The position numbers and the translations under genes were made by a program. The notes beneath the pieces were generated by a model. The model was not told the origin of the DNA and ran no database searches. It saw nothing but the letters and a program-made list of their open reading frames with translations. A stretch of DNA of 64,000 nt from an uncultured Candidatus Peribacteria bacterium (GTDB lineage: Bacteria; Patescibacteriota; Gracilibacteria; UBA1369), in the NCBI GenBank assembly GCA_965231025.1, contig OZ246407.1, forward strand, positions 845,512 to 909,511, read 5' to 3'. This document shows positions 18,320 through 28,486 of the stretch, one piece after another (position 1 is the first letter of the stretch; the number at the start of each line of letters is the position of its first letter).

Positions 18320-18779
18320 CCAACGATGGGTGGCAGAACACCGCGGAGGACCGCTCAAAAAAGAGCAGCACCGGCAGCTCATTCTGTGGGCCTGCGAATG
18401 CGCCGAACATGTTTTACCGCTCCTGGGCGGAGAAATTGACGTGCGGCTGAAGAACGCGCTGCTGGTTGCAAAAGCGTGGGCACAGGGAAAGGCCACGACG
18501 GGTGAAGCCATGAAAGCGGCAGTGGAGGCCCACGCGGCGGCAAGAGCATCGGCCGATCCTGTCGCGAAAGCCGTAGCCCGGTGCATTGGACACGCGGTGG
18601 CAACGGCCCACATGGCCGACCATTCACTAGGAGTGATCTATGCCCTGAAAGCCGTGGAAATTGCGGGAAAACCGGTAAACGAAGAAAAGAAATGGCAGAA
18701 TGAACACTTGCCGCCGGGAATCAGGGAGCTTATCCTGTCCACAAGGGGTGCGAAAGAGAAAGCCTTTCAACTTAAATAA
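18312..18779 (+). CDS. helical protein, Imm5-like putative immunity protein
   Basis: ATG at 18312 overlaps the upstream stop by 8 nt. The pattern LILWACECAEHVLPLL...A..VAKAWAQGKATTGEA..AA.EAHAAAR resembles the family annotated as putative immunity protein. This is from memory only. Confidence 0.5.
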   Translation: MRDQRWVAEHRGGPLKKEQHRQLILWACECAEHVLPLLGGEIDVRLKNALLVAKAWAQGKATTGEAMKAAVEAHAAARASADPVAKAVARCIGHAVATAHMADHSLGVIYALKAVEIAGKPVNEEKKWQNEHLPPGIRELILSTRGAKEKAFQLK

Positions 18780-18905
18780 TATTTCGCCGGCCCGACTGCC
18801 TTTTAGAGTACGCTATCCGCAGGATCATTATCCATCACATTCAAAAAACGTATCGTAGAGGAAGCTTCGCATGGTACTATACCAGTGTATCCGCGCAAAA
18901 ACGAC

Positions 18906-19358
18906 ATGTCTTCAATCGATCAATACAACCACCGGCTTTTAGGATTCATCAAATGCCCCAGCAGCCTTGATTTTGTCGACAACAACGCGACCAGAGACAT
19001 TGCGGTCTATGAACTGCTGGAGGACATCCCCTCAGACGAAACATATTTTGATGGGAAAAAAGGTGACATCATCGTTGGAGGAGGAAGCGGAGAAGCGCCC
19101 GCGTTGAGAATTTCTATGCCCGAATGTTCCAATTATTTTATTCTCAAAAAGGAAGACAAATCCGGAAGCGGCAAAAAACTCTTCAAGTCCTTCTGGACAC
19201 CGACTCAAAGAGAAATCCTCTGCGAGGGCTTCAAGAAAACGGGGTGGAATACCGAAACCCCTATTGAATCGTGGCTGGCGGAAAACGTCTGCAAAACCAT
19301 GAACGGCAATGAACACACACCCCTGCAATGGACAAACATAACCGACACCTCATTATGA
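18906..19358 (+). CDS. hypothetical protein
   Basis: ORF from the ATG at 18906 (the track start at 18885 is a GTG). No recognised motif. Confidence 0.45.
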   Translation: MSSIDQYNHRLLGFIKCPSSLDFVDNNATRDIAVYELLEDIPSDETYFDGKKGDIIVGGGSGEAPALRISMPECSNYFILKKEDKSGSGKKLFKSFWTPTQREILCEGFKKTGWNTETPIESWLAENVCKTMNGNEHTPLQWTNITDTSL

Positions 19359-19609
19359 CCGACATCAAACGGAGCTGGGACATGCTCCCGAAAGAAAAAC
19401 GTAAAGCGCTGATCGACGAAATCATCACGTTTTTTAAACAGGAACGGGACGAAGAGATCGGCATCATCGCCGCGGAAGACATTCTGGACTTCTTTCTGCA
19501 AAACGCGGCAAAGGACATTTACAATAAAGGGATTGCGGACTCCAAAGAGCTGCTCAAGAAACAGTTTGAGGACCTGGAAGTCAATCTGGACCTTCTATTA
19601 CATCATTAA
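19355..19609 (+). CDS. DUF2164 family protein
   Basis: ATGA overlap with the upstream stop. LPKEKRKALIDEIITFF..ERDEEIG.IAAEDILDFFL....IYNKGI.D. Confidence 0.65.
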   Translation: MTDIKRSWDMLPKEKRKALIDEIITFFKQERDEEIGIIAAEDILDFFLQNAAKDIYNKGIADSKELLKKQFEDLEVNLDLLLHH

Positions 19610-19613
19610 CCGT

Positions 19614-20981
19614 ATGAGAAAAATTATTATCGTCTCACTAGCTCTGTTTTTAAGTATCGGCTGCATTACGCCCGCATTCGGAGAAGAAGGGGCTTTCCCC
19701 CAATCCGATTTTTTTCTTTATCTTGGCGTCCGGAATCCAGGAGCCGGCATCAGCGCGGAAAGAATTGAAAGGATATTATTCAGTTCCGCGCATATTGACG
19801 TGAAAGGAGGCAAAATAGTCTCGGACCGGCTGATTCCCATCAACTTCACGAAAGGGATTCAGGACTTTACGGGTACGGCAAGCATAAAAATGGACGGCGA
19901 CTACGACAAAACCGACGGACGACTTTCCGGCACTTTCAGTATCACGGAAGATATGAAAGACGTCTGGCACGGTGATGTTGCCGACGTTCCCTCCACATGG
20001 ATCGATACGATGAGCGGAACATTTAACGGCCAGGTCGTGGGTGACAAAGTGGTCATCCGATACAAAGGGAAAACCGCCGAGGAAGCTCACCTGGGCATGG
20101 CTGACGGCTCCGTAAAAGACGAATCACTCTCCTACGATTATAGTTCGGTTGTTGCATGGCGACTGAACGACTATGTGGTACCCGAACCTCCAAAGATTTC
20201 CGATCTGGACAAGGAATTTCTGGATAAGTACGGCAAAGCGACCGATTCCGGCGGCAGGTTCTATATGCCAAAAGGCCAGATCGAAATACACATTCCTGGA
20301 GAACCGGAAGATTCATGGCACAGCGTTGACCCTCTCACGGCTATCCCCTACGGAGCCCAAATCAAAACCGACGAGGACAGCGAGGCGATCATTTCCTTTA
20401 AGGACGGCACCACCTACATGATGAAACCAGAATCCACCATTATCATATCCGGCCCGCCCGGAGAAAGAAGCCTCACAAAACTGGTAGCCGGAAATATCTG
20501 GGTCAACATCAAAAAAATGGTTAAAGACGGATCCATGGAAATCGACCTCAACCAGGCCGTGGCCGGAATCAAAGGAACAACATTGGTAGCTTCGGTACAG
20601 GGAGACAAATCAACCTTCAAGGTGATTGAAGGGAAAATCAGCGTTACCGCCAAAAACAGCGACGAATCGATTGAAATAACAGGGGGACAAACGGCAACGG
20701 TCGACAGTGCCGGAAAAATCGAGAAAGAGAGTTTTGACATTCTTGAAGAGCAAAATACCTGGGACAATCCAGAAAAGATCGATTTTGCCGCCCTTGAAAA
20801 AATGATACCGCCGGAACAAGCACAGGCAGCACCGGCAGCGGAAACCAGAGACGCATCCCCTTCTCCATCACCTGCCGCCGCCGGAGGAAACAGCCAAAAT
20901 CAAACAACCGCCATCGCCATATTCGGAGGAATAGTGATCGCGGGAGCCATTCTGGCATTGGTCTTACGCAAGAAAAAATAA
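19614..20981 (+). CDS. FecR-domain lipoprotein with C-terminal TM anchor
   Basis: ATG at 19614. Lipobox LSIGC. FecR-like segment (GAQIKTDEDSEAIISFKDGTT..M.P.S...I...GIKGTTLV......TFKVIEGKISV). Pro/Ala-rich linker, then a TM segment and RKKK. Confidence 0.6.
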   Translation: MRKIIIVSLALFLSIGCITPAFGEEGAFPQSDFFLYLGVRNPGAGISAERIERILFSSAHIDVKGGKIVSDRLIPINFTKGIQDFTGTASIKMDGDYDKTDGRLSGTFSITEDMKDVWHGDVADVPSTWIDTMSGTFNGQVVGDKVVIRYKGKTAEEAHLGMADGSVKDESLSYDYSSVVAWRLNDYVVPEPPKISDLDKEFLDKYGKATDSGGRFYMPKGQIEIHIPGEPEDSWHSVDPLTAIPYGAQIKTDEDSEAIISFKDGTTYMMKPESTIIISGPPGERSLTKLVAGNIWVNIKKMVKDGSMEIDLNQAVAGIKGTTLVASVQGDKSTFKVIEGKISVTAKNSDESIEITGGQTATVDSAGKIEKESFDILEEQNTWDNPEKIDFAALEKMIPPEQAQAAPAAETRDASPSPSPAAAGGNSQNQTTAIAIFGGIVIAGAILALVLRKKK

Positions 20982-21000
20982 CGTTAATCCACAGCACAGG

Positions 21001-21348
21001 ATGAACAAACCGAAAAACATCGATGAATATGTATCAGCTTTCCCCAGGGAAACGCAAAAGCTGCTGGAACAACTCCGTGAAACCATCAAGAAGGCCGCCC
21101 CGAAGGCGGAAGAGGTCATCAGTTATGGAATGCCGGCATTCAAAATGAAGCGGGTGCTGGTGTACTTTGCCAGCTACTCAAAACACATCGGATTCTACCC
21201 CACACCTTCGGGAATACAGGCATTTAAAAAAGAACTTTCCGTTTATAAAGGATCAAAAGGGGCCGTCCAGTTCCCGATCGACAAGCCCATGCCGCTGGGA
21301 TTAATCACCAGAATCGTAAAGTTCAGGGTCGCTGAATCATCAATATAA
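21001..21348 (+). CDS. DUF1801 (YdhG-like) domain protein
   Basis: IDEYVSAFP.ETQ..LEQLRETIKKAAP.AEEVISYGMPAFK......VYFA...KHIGFYP. Confidence 0.75.
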   Translation: MNKPKNIDEYVSAFPRETQKLLEQLRETIKKAAPKAEEVISYGMPAFKMKRVLVYFASYSKHIGFYPTPSGIQAFKKELSVYKGSKGAVQFPIDKPMPLGLITRIVKFRVAESSI

Positions 21349-21352
21349 TCCG

Positions 21353-22042
21353 ATGGAAAACAAACCCCTCAATAAGGCAAAACTGGTACGGAAAGCCGTG
21401 GCGATATTTTTCATGGGCTTCGCGGGAATAGGACTCACGCTCTTCCTGCCGGCCTGGACCCCGGCATACTGGCCCGGGTGGCTTTTTATGGCAACCGTAT
21501 GTATTCCCGCCATCTTTGTCGTAGGATACTTCCTGAAACACGACCCAAAACTCCTGGAAAGAAGAATGCAGTACAAGGAAAAAGAGATTCAGCAGAAGCT
21601 GATCATCAAGATCGCGACACTGTTCTTCCTGGCGGGAATGGTGGTTCCGGGATTCGACTTCCGGTATGGATGGTCAAACGTACCTGCATGGCTGGTGATT
21701 GCCGCAAACGCGCTTGTTTTGGGCGGATACATCCTCATTTTTTTCGTCTTCAAGGAAAACAGCTACGCTTCAAGAATCATCACGGTGGAAAAAGGACAGA
21801 AAGTTATTTCCACCGGACCGTACGCCGTCGTCAGGCACCCGATGTACGTGGGGGCCGTAATCATGTATGCAGCGATGCCGATCGCCCTCGGCTCCTACTG
21901 GGCCCTGATTTTTTACCTTCCGATTATCCCAATCCTCGTTTTCAGAATCCTCAACGAGGAAAAAGTATTGTCCAGAGATCTTGAAGGATACAAAGAATAC
22001 TGCAAAAAGGTAAAATACCGGATGATTCCCGGAATCTGGTAA
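21353..22042 (+). CDS. isoprenylcysteine carboxyl methyltransferase (ICMT/PEMT-like) family membrane protein
   Basis: Multi-TM protein. V.TGPYAVVRHPMY.G......A.P.ALGSYWAL and EE..L...L.GY.EY motifs. Confidence 0.75.
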   Translation: MENKPLNKAKLVRKAVAIFFMGFAGIGLTLFLPAWTPAYWPGWLFMATVCIPAIFVVGYFLKHDPKLLERRMQYKEKEIQQKLIIKIATLFFLAGMVVPGFDFRYGWSNVPAWLVIAANALVLGGYILIFFVFKENSYASRIITVEKGQKVISTGPYAVVRHPMYVGAVIMYAAMPIALGSYWALIFYLPIIPILVFRILNEEKVLSRDLEGYKEYCKKVKYRMIPGIW

Positions 22043-22080
22043 AAACGGCGTCCTGACCCAACTTCCCTAACCCCAAACTC

Positions 22081-22926
22081 ATGAAAAGAAATACGGTTCT
22101 GACTTTACTCCTGATCCTCCTGATCCCCGGAATCGCCATGGCACACCAGCCGAGAATCGTTGAAGGAACGCAAATCACCGTGGAAGACCCGGAAGTGTCA
22201 AAAGCTTACTACGGCAAGCTTTCCGGCGAACCCCACACCTTCCACGTCACTTCTGACACACGCTTTACGCTTTACGCGGGACTGCTGGTTCCCGACCGGG
22301 AGGGACAACAGAAAGACGTATCCGCCGTCATTGTCGTTCCAAGCCAGGAAAACCCTCCGGTCGCTTTTTTGGACGGAATAAACTTTGAATGGAAACCGCT
22401 CTACGAGGAGTTCGGGGCCGACCATTACTTCCTGGGGCCGGAATTTCAAAAACAAGTGTCCGCCGGTAGCTACGACATCCGGGTCGGAAGCAAAGACATG
22501 AACAGCAGGTACGTCCTGGTCATAGGGGAAACAGAGACATTCCCATTGATGGAAACCCTCAACGCCATGACAACCATCCCAAGGCTGAAGCATGATTTTT
22601 TCGGCTCCTCCCCCCTGACGTTTCTCCTGACCCCGTTTGGCGTCGGGTACCTGATCATCCTGCTTATTCTTGGCGTTGTCGCGGGGTTTGCCTACCGTGC
22701 CATCCTCAAAAAAACGGCAAAAAGCAAAATCAGAAAAAGAAGTCACAACATCGGCACCAATGACCGGATTTTCCGGGCGGTACTGGGTGCCGTTCTTCTG
22801 GGTGCGGGCATCTGGACCTGGAACCCTGCCATGCTCTTCTTTGCCGGATTCTGCTTCTTTGAGGCCGTATTCAGCTGGTGCGGATTCTACGCCGCCATTG
22901 GGAAAAACAGCTGCCCGATCAACTGA
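22081..22926 (+). CDS. secreted/membrane protein with C-terminal DUF2892 (YgaP-like) module
   Basis: Signal peptide ending in AMA. The C-terminus DRIFRAVLGAVLLGAG...FFAGFCFFEAVFSWCGFY is typical of DUF2892. Confidence 0.6.
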   Translation: MKRNTVLTLLLILLIPGIAMAHQPRIVEGTQITVEDPEVSKAYYGKLSGEPHTFHVTSDTRFTLYAGLLVPDREGQQKDVSAVIVVPSQENPPVAFLDGINFEWKPLYEEFGADHYFLGPEFQKQVSAGSYDIRVGSKDMNSRYVLVIGETETFPLMETLNAMTTIPRLKHDFFGSSPLTFLLTPFGVGYLIILLILGVVAGFAYRAILKKTAKSKIRKRSHNIGTNDRIFRAVLGAVLLGAGIWTWNPAMLFFAGFCFFEAVFSWCGFYAAIGKNSCPIN

Positions 22927-22959
22927 TAACTGTTTACCGTCACCTTTCACCACACACTC

Positions 22960-23583
22960 ATGATAACTAAAAACATCAAAAAACTTCCCGTGGTATTGCT
23001 CCTCGGCATCATGACACTGATGTTGAGCGGATGTGTCGGGGAAGTCATCATCAGCCAGCACCTGCAGGAACAGGAACGCGCGGAAGAAAAAGCCAGACTC
23101 AACAAAGAATTAAAGGCCCAGGGTCTGCCCCCGATGGAAGAACCGAAACCGGCGGACGACACAACCCCGCAAGCCGCCGCCGAACCGGAAATCAACCCAA
23201 TCGCCCTGCTCTATGAAGACCGCCCCGAAGGCAAACCCGAAGAAATTTTCGCCCTGAATACCCTCATGGCGGTATTCAATGGAGGAACGTCCCCCACCGT
23301 CACATTCAAACAAAACTACTATCTCACCGAAATCCTGACGTACCACTGGAACGACAGCAAAGGATCACCGGCCGGCACGATTGCCCTCAAAGACGGCAAA
23401 GGCACGATGTACGGCCCGTGGCAGGCAACGCTGGTGAGCGGAGTGTACTGGACAGCCCAGCCATCGGTCACCATTCCCGCGGGAACATACACGGTGATCG
23501 ATTCAGATCCATCCACCTGGTCCCAGAACAGTGAGACCGGAGGAAATGGAATAGCAAACGCCCATGGAATCCCGATGAAATAA
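22960..23583 (+). CDS. hypothetical lipoprotein
   Basis: Lipobox LMLSGC. No other motif. Confidence 0.5.
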   Translation: MITKNIKKLPVVLLLGIMTLMLSGCVGEVIISQHLQEQERAEEKARLNKELKAQGLPPMEEPKPADDTTPQAAAEPEINPIALLYEDRPEGKPEEIFALNTLMAVFNGGTSPTVTFKQNYYLTEILTYHWNDSKGSPAGTIALKDGKGTMYGPWQATLVSGVYWTAQPSVTIPAGTYTVIDSDPSTWSQNSETGGNGIANAHGIPMK

Positions 23584-23614
23584 CCCTCACTTCTTCAACA
23601 ATACCGGACACACC

Positions 23615-23863
23615 ATGAACGAACGCAACCACCACCACCGCGAAACCTGGGTACGATCCCTGACCAAAACGCTCACCTACCGCGTCCTGATCCTGATCCT
23701 CGACTTCACCGTCATTTATTTCCTCACGGGAAAATTTGAAGTTGCCCTTGGATTTATGATCATCAGCAACATCTACACGAGCGTTGGCTATTATTTCCAT
23801 GAAAGAGTCTGGGACATCGTCAAATGGGGCAAAGTGAAAACCGCGAACGGCAAAAAAGCATGA
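23615..23863 (+). CDS. DUF2061 family membrane protein
   Basis: SLTKTLTYRVLILILDF.VIYFLTG......GFMIISNIYTSVGYYFHERVW. Confidence 0.7.
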   Translation: MNERNHHHRETWVRSLTKTLTYRVLILILDFTVIYFLTGKFEVALGFMIISNIYTSVGYYFHERVWDIVKWGKVKTANGKKA

Positions 23864-23905
23864 AGCGCAAAATGCCGGAATTTCCGCCGGAAACGCCGCC
23901 GGACA

Positions 23906-24757
23906 TTAATCCTTTTTCGTGGCGATCTGAACGACCTTGCGGCCCGCGAGCATCGCGAGCTCCCCGCCGGGTACGAAATTGGCCACGGCTTTGGCGAAAT
24001 CGAACAACTCGTCACTGGTGAAGGAGTTCCTCAGGCGATCGCTGATTTTGCGACCTTTTCGGATCTCCCCGGTCACACCGTCAAACTCCACCATGGACTT
24101 TTTGTTCTTGGCCTCCCAGGAAAACTCAAAGGTGTAGATCGGGTAAAAATAAAGGCAGAGTTCCTCAATGGCGATCTTCTCATCCAGGATCTGATCGGCC
24201 TTGATCGGCTTCACCAGCTGATTCAGAATTTTCCGTACCAAAAATGAAGCCTTGGTTTCCAGATTCACCACTGGAGTACCGTCGGCGGTCAATTCATCCG
24301 TACTCTGCAGCTCCTTCGTGGGAAACTGAAGGTATTTTTTAAAATCGGCTGGCTGGTCCGTCTGGGCATCCACCATGATCTCCTCCTTATAACTCTCCTT
24401 GCAGTGCTCAATGCCCTCAATTTCAAACGTATGGGCCTTATCCACCTTGTAATCTTTGCCCTCGTAATTCACGTCCTCCACGACCGTTTCCACAGGAACG
24501 CGGTAACGCGCCTTGCGTTTGTACTCAAAAAAAGATGATCCCACGATATTCCAGAAAGCCTGATAACGCTTTTCCTCGTAACTGATGGTGATATCCTCTT
24601 TTTTGGGCTGGAACAGAAAAGACTGGAGCATACCCATGGCTTTGACCTTATGCTCCTCAGCCATACTGCGGGCCTTTTCCCATCCCATGGAATCCAGGAT
24701 GAGCAAAAGCTTTTCACCCTGGACCTGAATGTTGCTGATGCCACTGCCCTGAGTCAT
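23906..24757 (-). CDS. hypothetical protein co-transcribed downstream of rny
   Basis: I prefer the ATG at 24757, 10 nt after the rny stop. No recognised motif. Confidence 0.5.
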   Translation of the reverse strand: MTQGSGISNIQVQGEKLLLILDSMGWEKARSMAEEHKVKAMGMLQSFLFQPKKEDITISYEEKRYQAFWNIVGSSFFEYKRKARYRVPVETVVEDVNYEGKDYKVDKAHTFEIEGIEHCKESYKEEIMVDAQTDQPADFKKYLQFPTKELQSTDELTADGTPVVNLETKASFLVRKILNQLVKPIKADQILDEKIAIEELCLYFYPIYTFEFSWEAKNKKSMVEFDGVTGEIRKGRKISDRLRNSFTSDELFDFAKAVANFVPGGELAMLAGRKVVQIATKKD

Positions 24758-24767
24758 ATGCTTAAGA

Positions 24768-26291
24768 TTAAACCGCAAAGGCTTCCTGACGCGTCTCACG
24801 GATCACCGTAACCTTGATCTGACCCGGATACTGCAGATCTCGTTCGATCTTGCGGGAGATATCATGACTCAGCTTGATGGCACCAAGATCATCCATATCG
24901 GAAGCGACAAAAATTCGCACCTCCGCGCCGGCCTGAATGGCATAACACTTAATAACGCCTTCAAAGGAACGGGCGGTGTTTTCAAGTTCATCGAGACGCT
25001 TGATGAAGGAATCCAGGTTTTCGCGGTTCGCACCGGGGCGGGATTCGGAAATCGCGTTCGCCGCCTGAACAATCATGGATTCAAGCGAAGCGGTATTTGG
25101 ATCGCCCATTTCGCCTTCAATCGCGCGGGTGACGTTATCCGGCAGACCAAACTTCTTGGCGATGTCACGGCCGATCACAGCGGGGTTCCCCTGGATTTCA
25201 TGATCAACGGCCTTGCCAATGTCATGGAGCAGTCCGGCCTTGCGGCAGATGTTCACGTCGGCGCCGAGTTCGGAAGCAAGATTGGCGGCCAGGAAAGAAA
25301 CCTCCATGGAGTGCTTCAAAACATTCTGCCCGAAGCTGGTGCGGAACTTGAGACGGCCAAGCAGTTTGATAAGGTTCGGATGGAGCCCGGCAACGCCTGT
25401 TTCATACGCGGCCTTTTCACCAAGTTCCTTGATCATGTTATTGACCTCTTCCTTGGTCTTTTCCACGGCCTCTTCAATACGCGCCGGATGGATACGGCCG
25501 TCGGCAATCAGTTTTTCCAAAGCCATCTTTGCAATGTACCGGCGGACCAGATCGAACCCGGAAATCACGATGGAGCCCGGGGTATCGTCAACGATGACAT
25601 CAATACCGGTCGCCTCTTCAAACGAATTGATGTTGCGGCCTTCACGTCCGATAATACGGCCTTTCAGATCATCGCTCGGAAGATTGATGACCGTAACAGT
25701 GGATTCCGTAGCGGTCTCGGCCGCGTACTTCTGAATGGCATCCGCCAGAATGAACTTGGCCTTTTCCTTGGCGCGGTCCAGAAGCTCTTTTTCCGACCGT
25801 TTAATGTGCTCGACGATCTCGGCTTTGGAATCCTCCTCCACCTGTTTCAGGAGAATGGTCTTTGCCTCTTCACGGGAAAGGTTCGCGACCTTTTCCAGCT
25901 CCGCGGATTGCAGATCATGAATCTTCTGAACATCCTCGCGCAGCTGCTTGACCGACAAAACCTTGGCATCCAGTTCAGTCTTGAGATGGTCTGAAGCCTG
26001 GATCTTTTTATCCAGCGCCTCCTCCTTTTGCACCAGGCGTTCTTCGAGTTTATCCAGCTGCTGACGCTTTTTTTCTTCTTCCGATTTTACCTTCTCGAGT
26101 TCCTTGAACGCGTCGTTCTTGGCCTCGTAAAGAATCTCTTTGGCTTTTGATTGAGCCTGCTGGAGCACTTTCTCGCCCTGGTCCACGGTATCTTTATTTT
26201 TGGCCTCAACCTGTTTCTTCTGGACAAAATATCCGACAACCGCACCAAGGACGAGAGCTACCAGCGCAACAATGATTGCACTCGGTGACAT
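24768..26291 (-). CDS. rny: ribonuclease Y
   Basis: N-terminal TM segment, long charged coiled coil, KH domain (GRIIGREGRNI) and HD domain (LLHDIGKA). Confidence 0.93.
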   Translation of the reverse strand: MSPSAIIVALVALVLGAVVGYFVQKKQVEAKNKDTVDQGEKVLQQAQSKAKEILYEAKNDAFKELEKVKSEEEKKRQQLDKLEERLVQKEEALDKKIQASDHLKTELDAKVLSVKQLREDVQKIHDLQSAELEKVANLSREEAKTILLKQVEEDSKAEIVEHIKRSEKELLDRAKEKAKFILADAIQKYAAETATESTVTVINLPSDDLKGRIIGREGRNINSFEEATGIDVIVDDTPGSIVISGFDLVRRYIAKMALEKLIADGRIHPARIEEAVEKTKEEVNNMIKELGEKAAYETGVAGLHPNLIKLLGRLKFRTSFGQNVLKHSMEVSFLAANLASELGADVNICRKAGLLHDIGKAVDHEIQGNPAVIGRDIAKKFGLPDNVTRAIEGEMGDPNTASLESMIVQAANAISESRPGANRENLDSFIKRLDELENTARSFEGVIKCYAIQAGAEVRIFVASDMDDLGAIKLSHDISRKIERDLQYPGQIKVTVIRETRQEAFAV

Positions 26292-26777
26292 ATTTTTAAA
26301 AGTGAGGGAATAAGGTCATCCCAAAAGGTGCGTTCAAATTTCGACATCAAAGAGTCCTGCTAGATAAGCAGTTTCATCAACCTGAAACCTGGTTGGTTAA
26401 CGTTTGGAGAAATCATGTGAAGTACGTCTCTGATCGGATTTTTCCCCTGACTCGATGTGATGAAAATTGAATAAAACACCTCCTGTGACTTTTTACTGAT
26501 AGCATCATAAAATACCTCGTTATGGCAAGTCAAACGGGCCTTTCCGGGGGCTTGGCATAGCTTTGTGGAAAACCAGCCTTTTGGTTCCAAAAATAGAATT
26601 GACGGAAAAACACAATATTACACAACAACCAAATGTATGGGAAGCGATATACCCCTCCCGATACTCAAAAAATCTAAAAAACACATTCCCCGGGGAACCC
26701 GGCCAAAATTTACAAAAAATTTAAAAGTTGATCATAACCCGGGCGTAGGTTGAAAGAACATCAATAACTCCACTACC

Positions 26778-28484
26778 ATGAAAAACAAAATCATCAGGCT
26801 GCTGCCGGTCATCACCATTCTGGCGCTGGTCTCACTGTTCTACAAAATCGCGTATGCCCAAACTCTGACCGAAAATCCCGCGACTCCCGAAGTATTCAGC
26901 GAACCGGGGGCAATACTGCTCATCACCGAGGTGAACCTCAAAAACAAGGAGGCAGACTGGGTGGAAATATACTATGAGTCCCCCACCCGCAAACCGCTCA
27001 ACTTTAAGAATTTTCAGTTCCAGGACGACAACGCGTTCAAAAAAATAACCGGGGATTACTGGATGAGTTCGGGCGAATACCATGTCCTGAAATTCAAAAA
27101 CACGGGCGTGGACAACCAGCAAACACACCTGCTGACCACCACGCGAACCGGACTCACCTCCACGAGTGAACAGATCATCCTCAAAGACCCCGGAGACACA
27201 ATCATCGACGCGCTCTGCTGGAGTAGTGCCACGCCAACAACCGACGAGATAAAAGACATGGAAGAACTTTTCCAGAATGAAGGCTGGGTCTCGGCCAGCC
27301 CCGCCAGCTGCTTCCCCGGCGCAAACATCAGCACGAACCAAAGCCTCATCCGGACCGGCACCGCGGACACGGACTCCGTTGGCGACTGGACGGTAACCGA
27401 CGACGGAACCCCCGGAAATGCTAACAGTGAAACACCTGATGAAACACCGGGGGAAACCGCAACAACATCCGCAAGCACGCAACCAACCGCAGTCACCGGC
27501 GGAACCCAAACTTCATCCACAAAAACGCCGGTCATTTCCACAACAAACACGACGTCTCCCACACCTGTCCCGAACCAGCCACAGGCCGCCGCTCAAAAAA
27601 CAGCAACCGCCACCAAGACGACGGCAACAAAAAAAACATCAACCGCCAAAACCACGGCGGCCAAGAAAACCGCCGCAAAAAAATACTCGGACGGAGACCT
27701 CAGTGAAAACATCGTCATTTCGGAAATTTTTCCCCGCGCGGCCAAAGACGACCGCAACAACGAATGGATTGAACTCACCAACACGGGCGACAAAGAGGTA
27801 AACCTGGGGAACTGGCAGCTGGACGACATGGAGGGAGGCAGTAAACCTTACGCACTTCCGGACACCCTGACCATCGCACCGCAAAGTTCCGTTGTCATCA
27901 AAGCTACAGAGTCCAAACTTTCCCTTTCCAACACCAAAGACCAGGTCCGGCTTTTTGACCACACGGGAGCACTCCTGCAAACCGTTGAGTTCGAAGAAGC
28001 GCCCAAGGAACAGTCCTACTCCCGGATCACCGTGACCCGCGCACCGGAAACATCAACACAGGAATCGCAAAATCCGGAAGAGCCGTTTTGGGTCTGGGAA
28101 ACCCTGCCCACTCCCGGCGAACCGAACCCATCATACCTGGAATTGACCGGCCCCATAACACAGGAAGCAGCTTTCGAAGAAAATTATTCATTCATCATGG
28201 AAGACGTGAACGGCCGGGACCACACCGTGCTGTTCAACGAAGCCCTTATTGCCGGCCCGTTGGCAAAAATCACGTTCACCGCCGGAACGGAAATAAAAAT
28301 CCTCGGCATACAGACACAGGAAGAACCATCCCTCATCGAACTGAAAAAATACGAAGTGCTCAGCGCAGGAACCCCGGCCCCACCCCAGGCTTCGCCATGG
28401 GCGCTGCTGGGTCTGATCCCGCCGGGAGGGGCCGGGGCATGGTACGGTTTGAAGAAATTAAAAAAGATATATGGTAAAATGTAG
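26778..28484 (+). CDS. secreted protein with two lamin-tail (LTD) domains and C-terminal hydrophobic anchor
   Basis: Signal peptide. LITEVNLKNKEADWVEIY and VISEIFPRAAKDDRNNEWIELTNTGDKEVNLGNWQLDD are LTD signatures. They are separated by a Thr/Ala/Lys-rich linker. Confidence 0.7.
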   Translation: MKNKIIRLLPVITILALVSLFYKIAYAQTLTENPATPEVFSEPGAILLITEVNLKNKEADWVEIYYESPTRKPLNFKNFQFQDDNAFKKITGDYWMSSGEYHVLKFKNTGVDNQQTHLLTTTRTGLTSTSEQIILKDPGDTIIDALCWSSATPTTDEIKDMEELFQNEGWVSASPASCFPGANISTNQSLIRTGTADTDSVGDWTVTDDGTPGNANSETPDETPGETATTSASTQPTAVTGGTQTSSTKTPVISTTNTTSPTPVPNQPQAAAQKTATATKTTATKKTSTAKTTAAKKTAAKKYSDGDLSENIVISEIFPRAAKDDRNNEWIELTNTGDKEVNLGNWQLDDMEGGSKPYALPDTLTIAPQSSVVIKATESKLSLSNTKDQVRLFDHTGALLQTVEFEEAPKEQSYSRITVTRAPETSTQESQNPEEPFWVWETLPTPGEPNPSYLELTGPITQEAAFEENYSFIMEDVNGRDHTVLFNEALIAGPLAKITFTAGTEIKILGIQTQEEPSLIELKKYEVLSAGTPAPPQASPWALLGLIPPGGAGAWYGLKKLKKIYGKM

Positions 28485-28486
28485 GC

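Noticed and set aside
14916-23910. Classical tRNA-integrated genomic island with attL/attR direct repeats
   Set aside because: The only repeat of the tRNA-like 3' end I could find is an 8-mer (TCATCTCC) at about 15018-15025, which is too short to be meaningful. No copy occurs near 23.9 kb. The recombinase also lies on the groESL side, not the cargo side.
27540-27700. Apparent tandem repeat (aaaac..gccaa.. units) in DNA
   Set aside because: It is the coding sequence of a degenerate Thr/Ala/Lys low-complexity linker (..TATKTTATKKTSTAKTTAAKKTAAKK..) inside the LTD protein. It is not a non-coding repeat or a CRISPR array.
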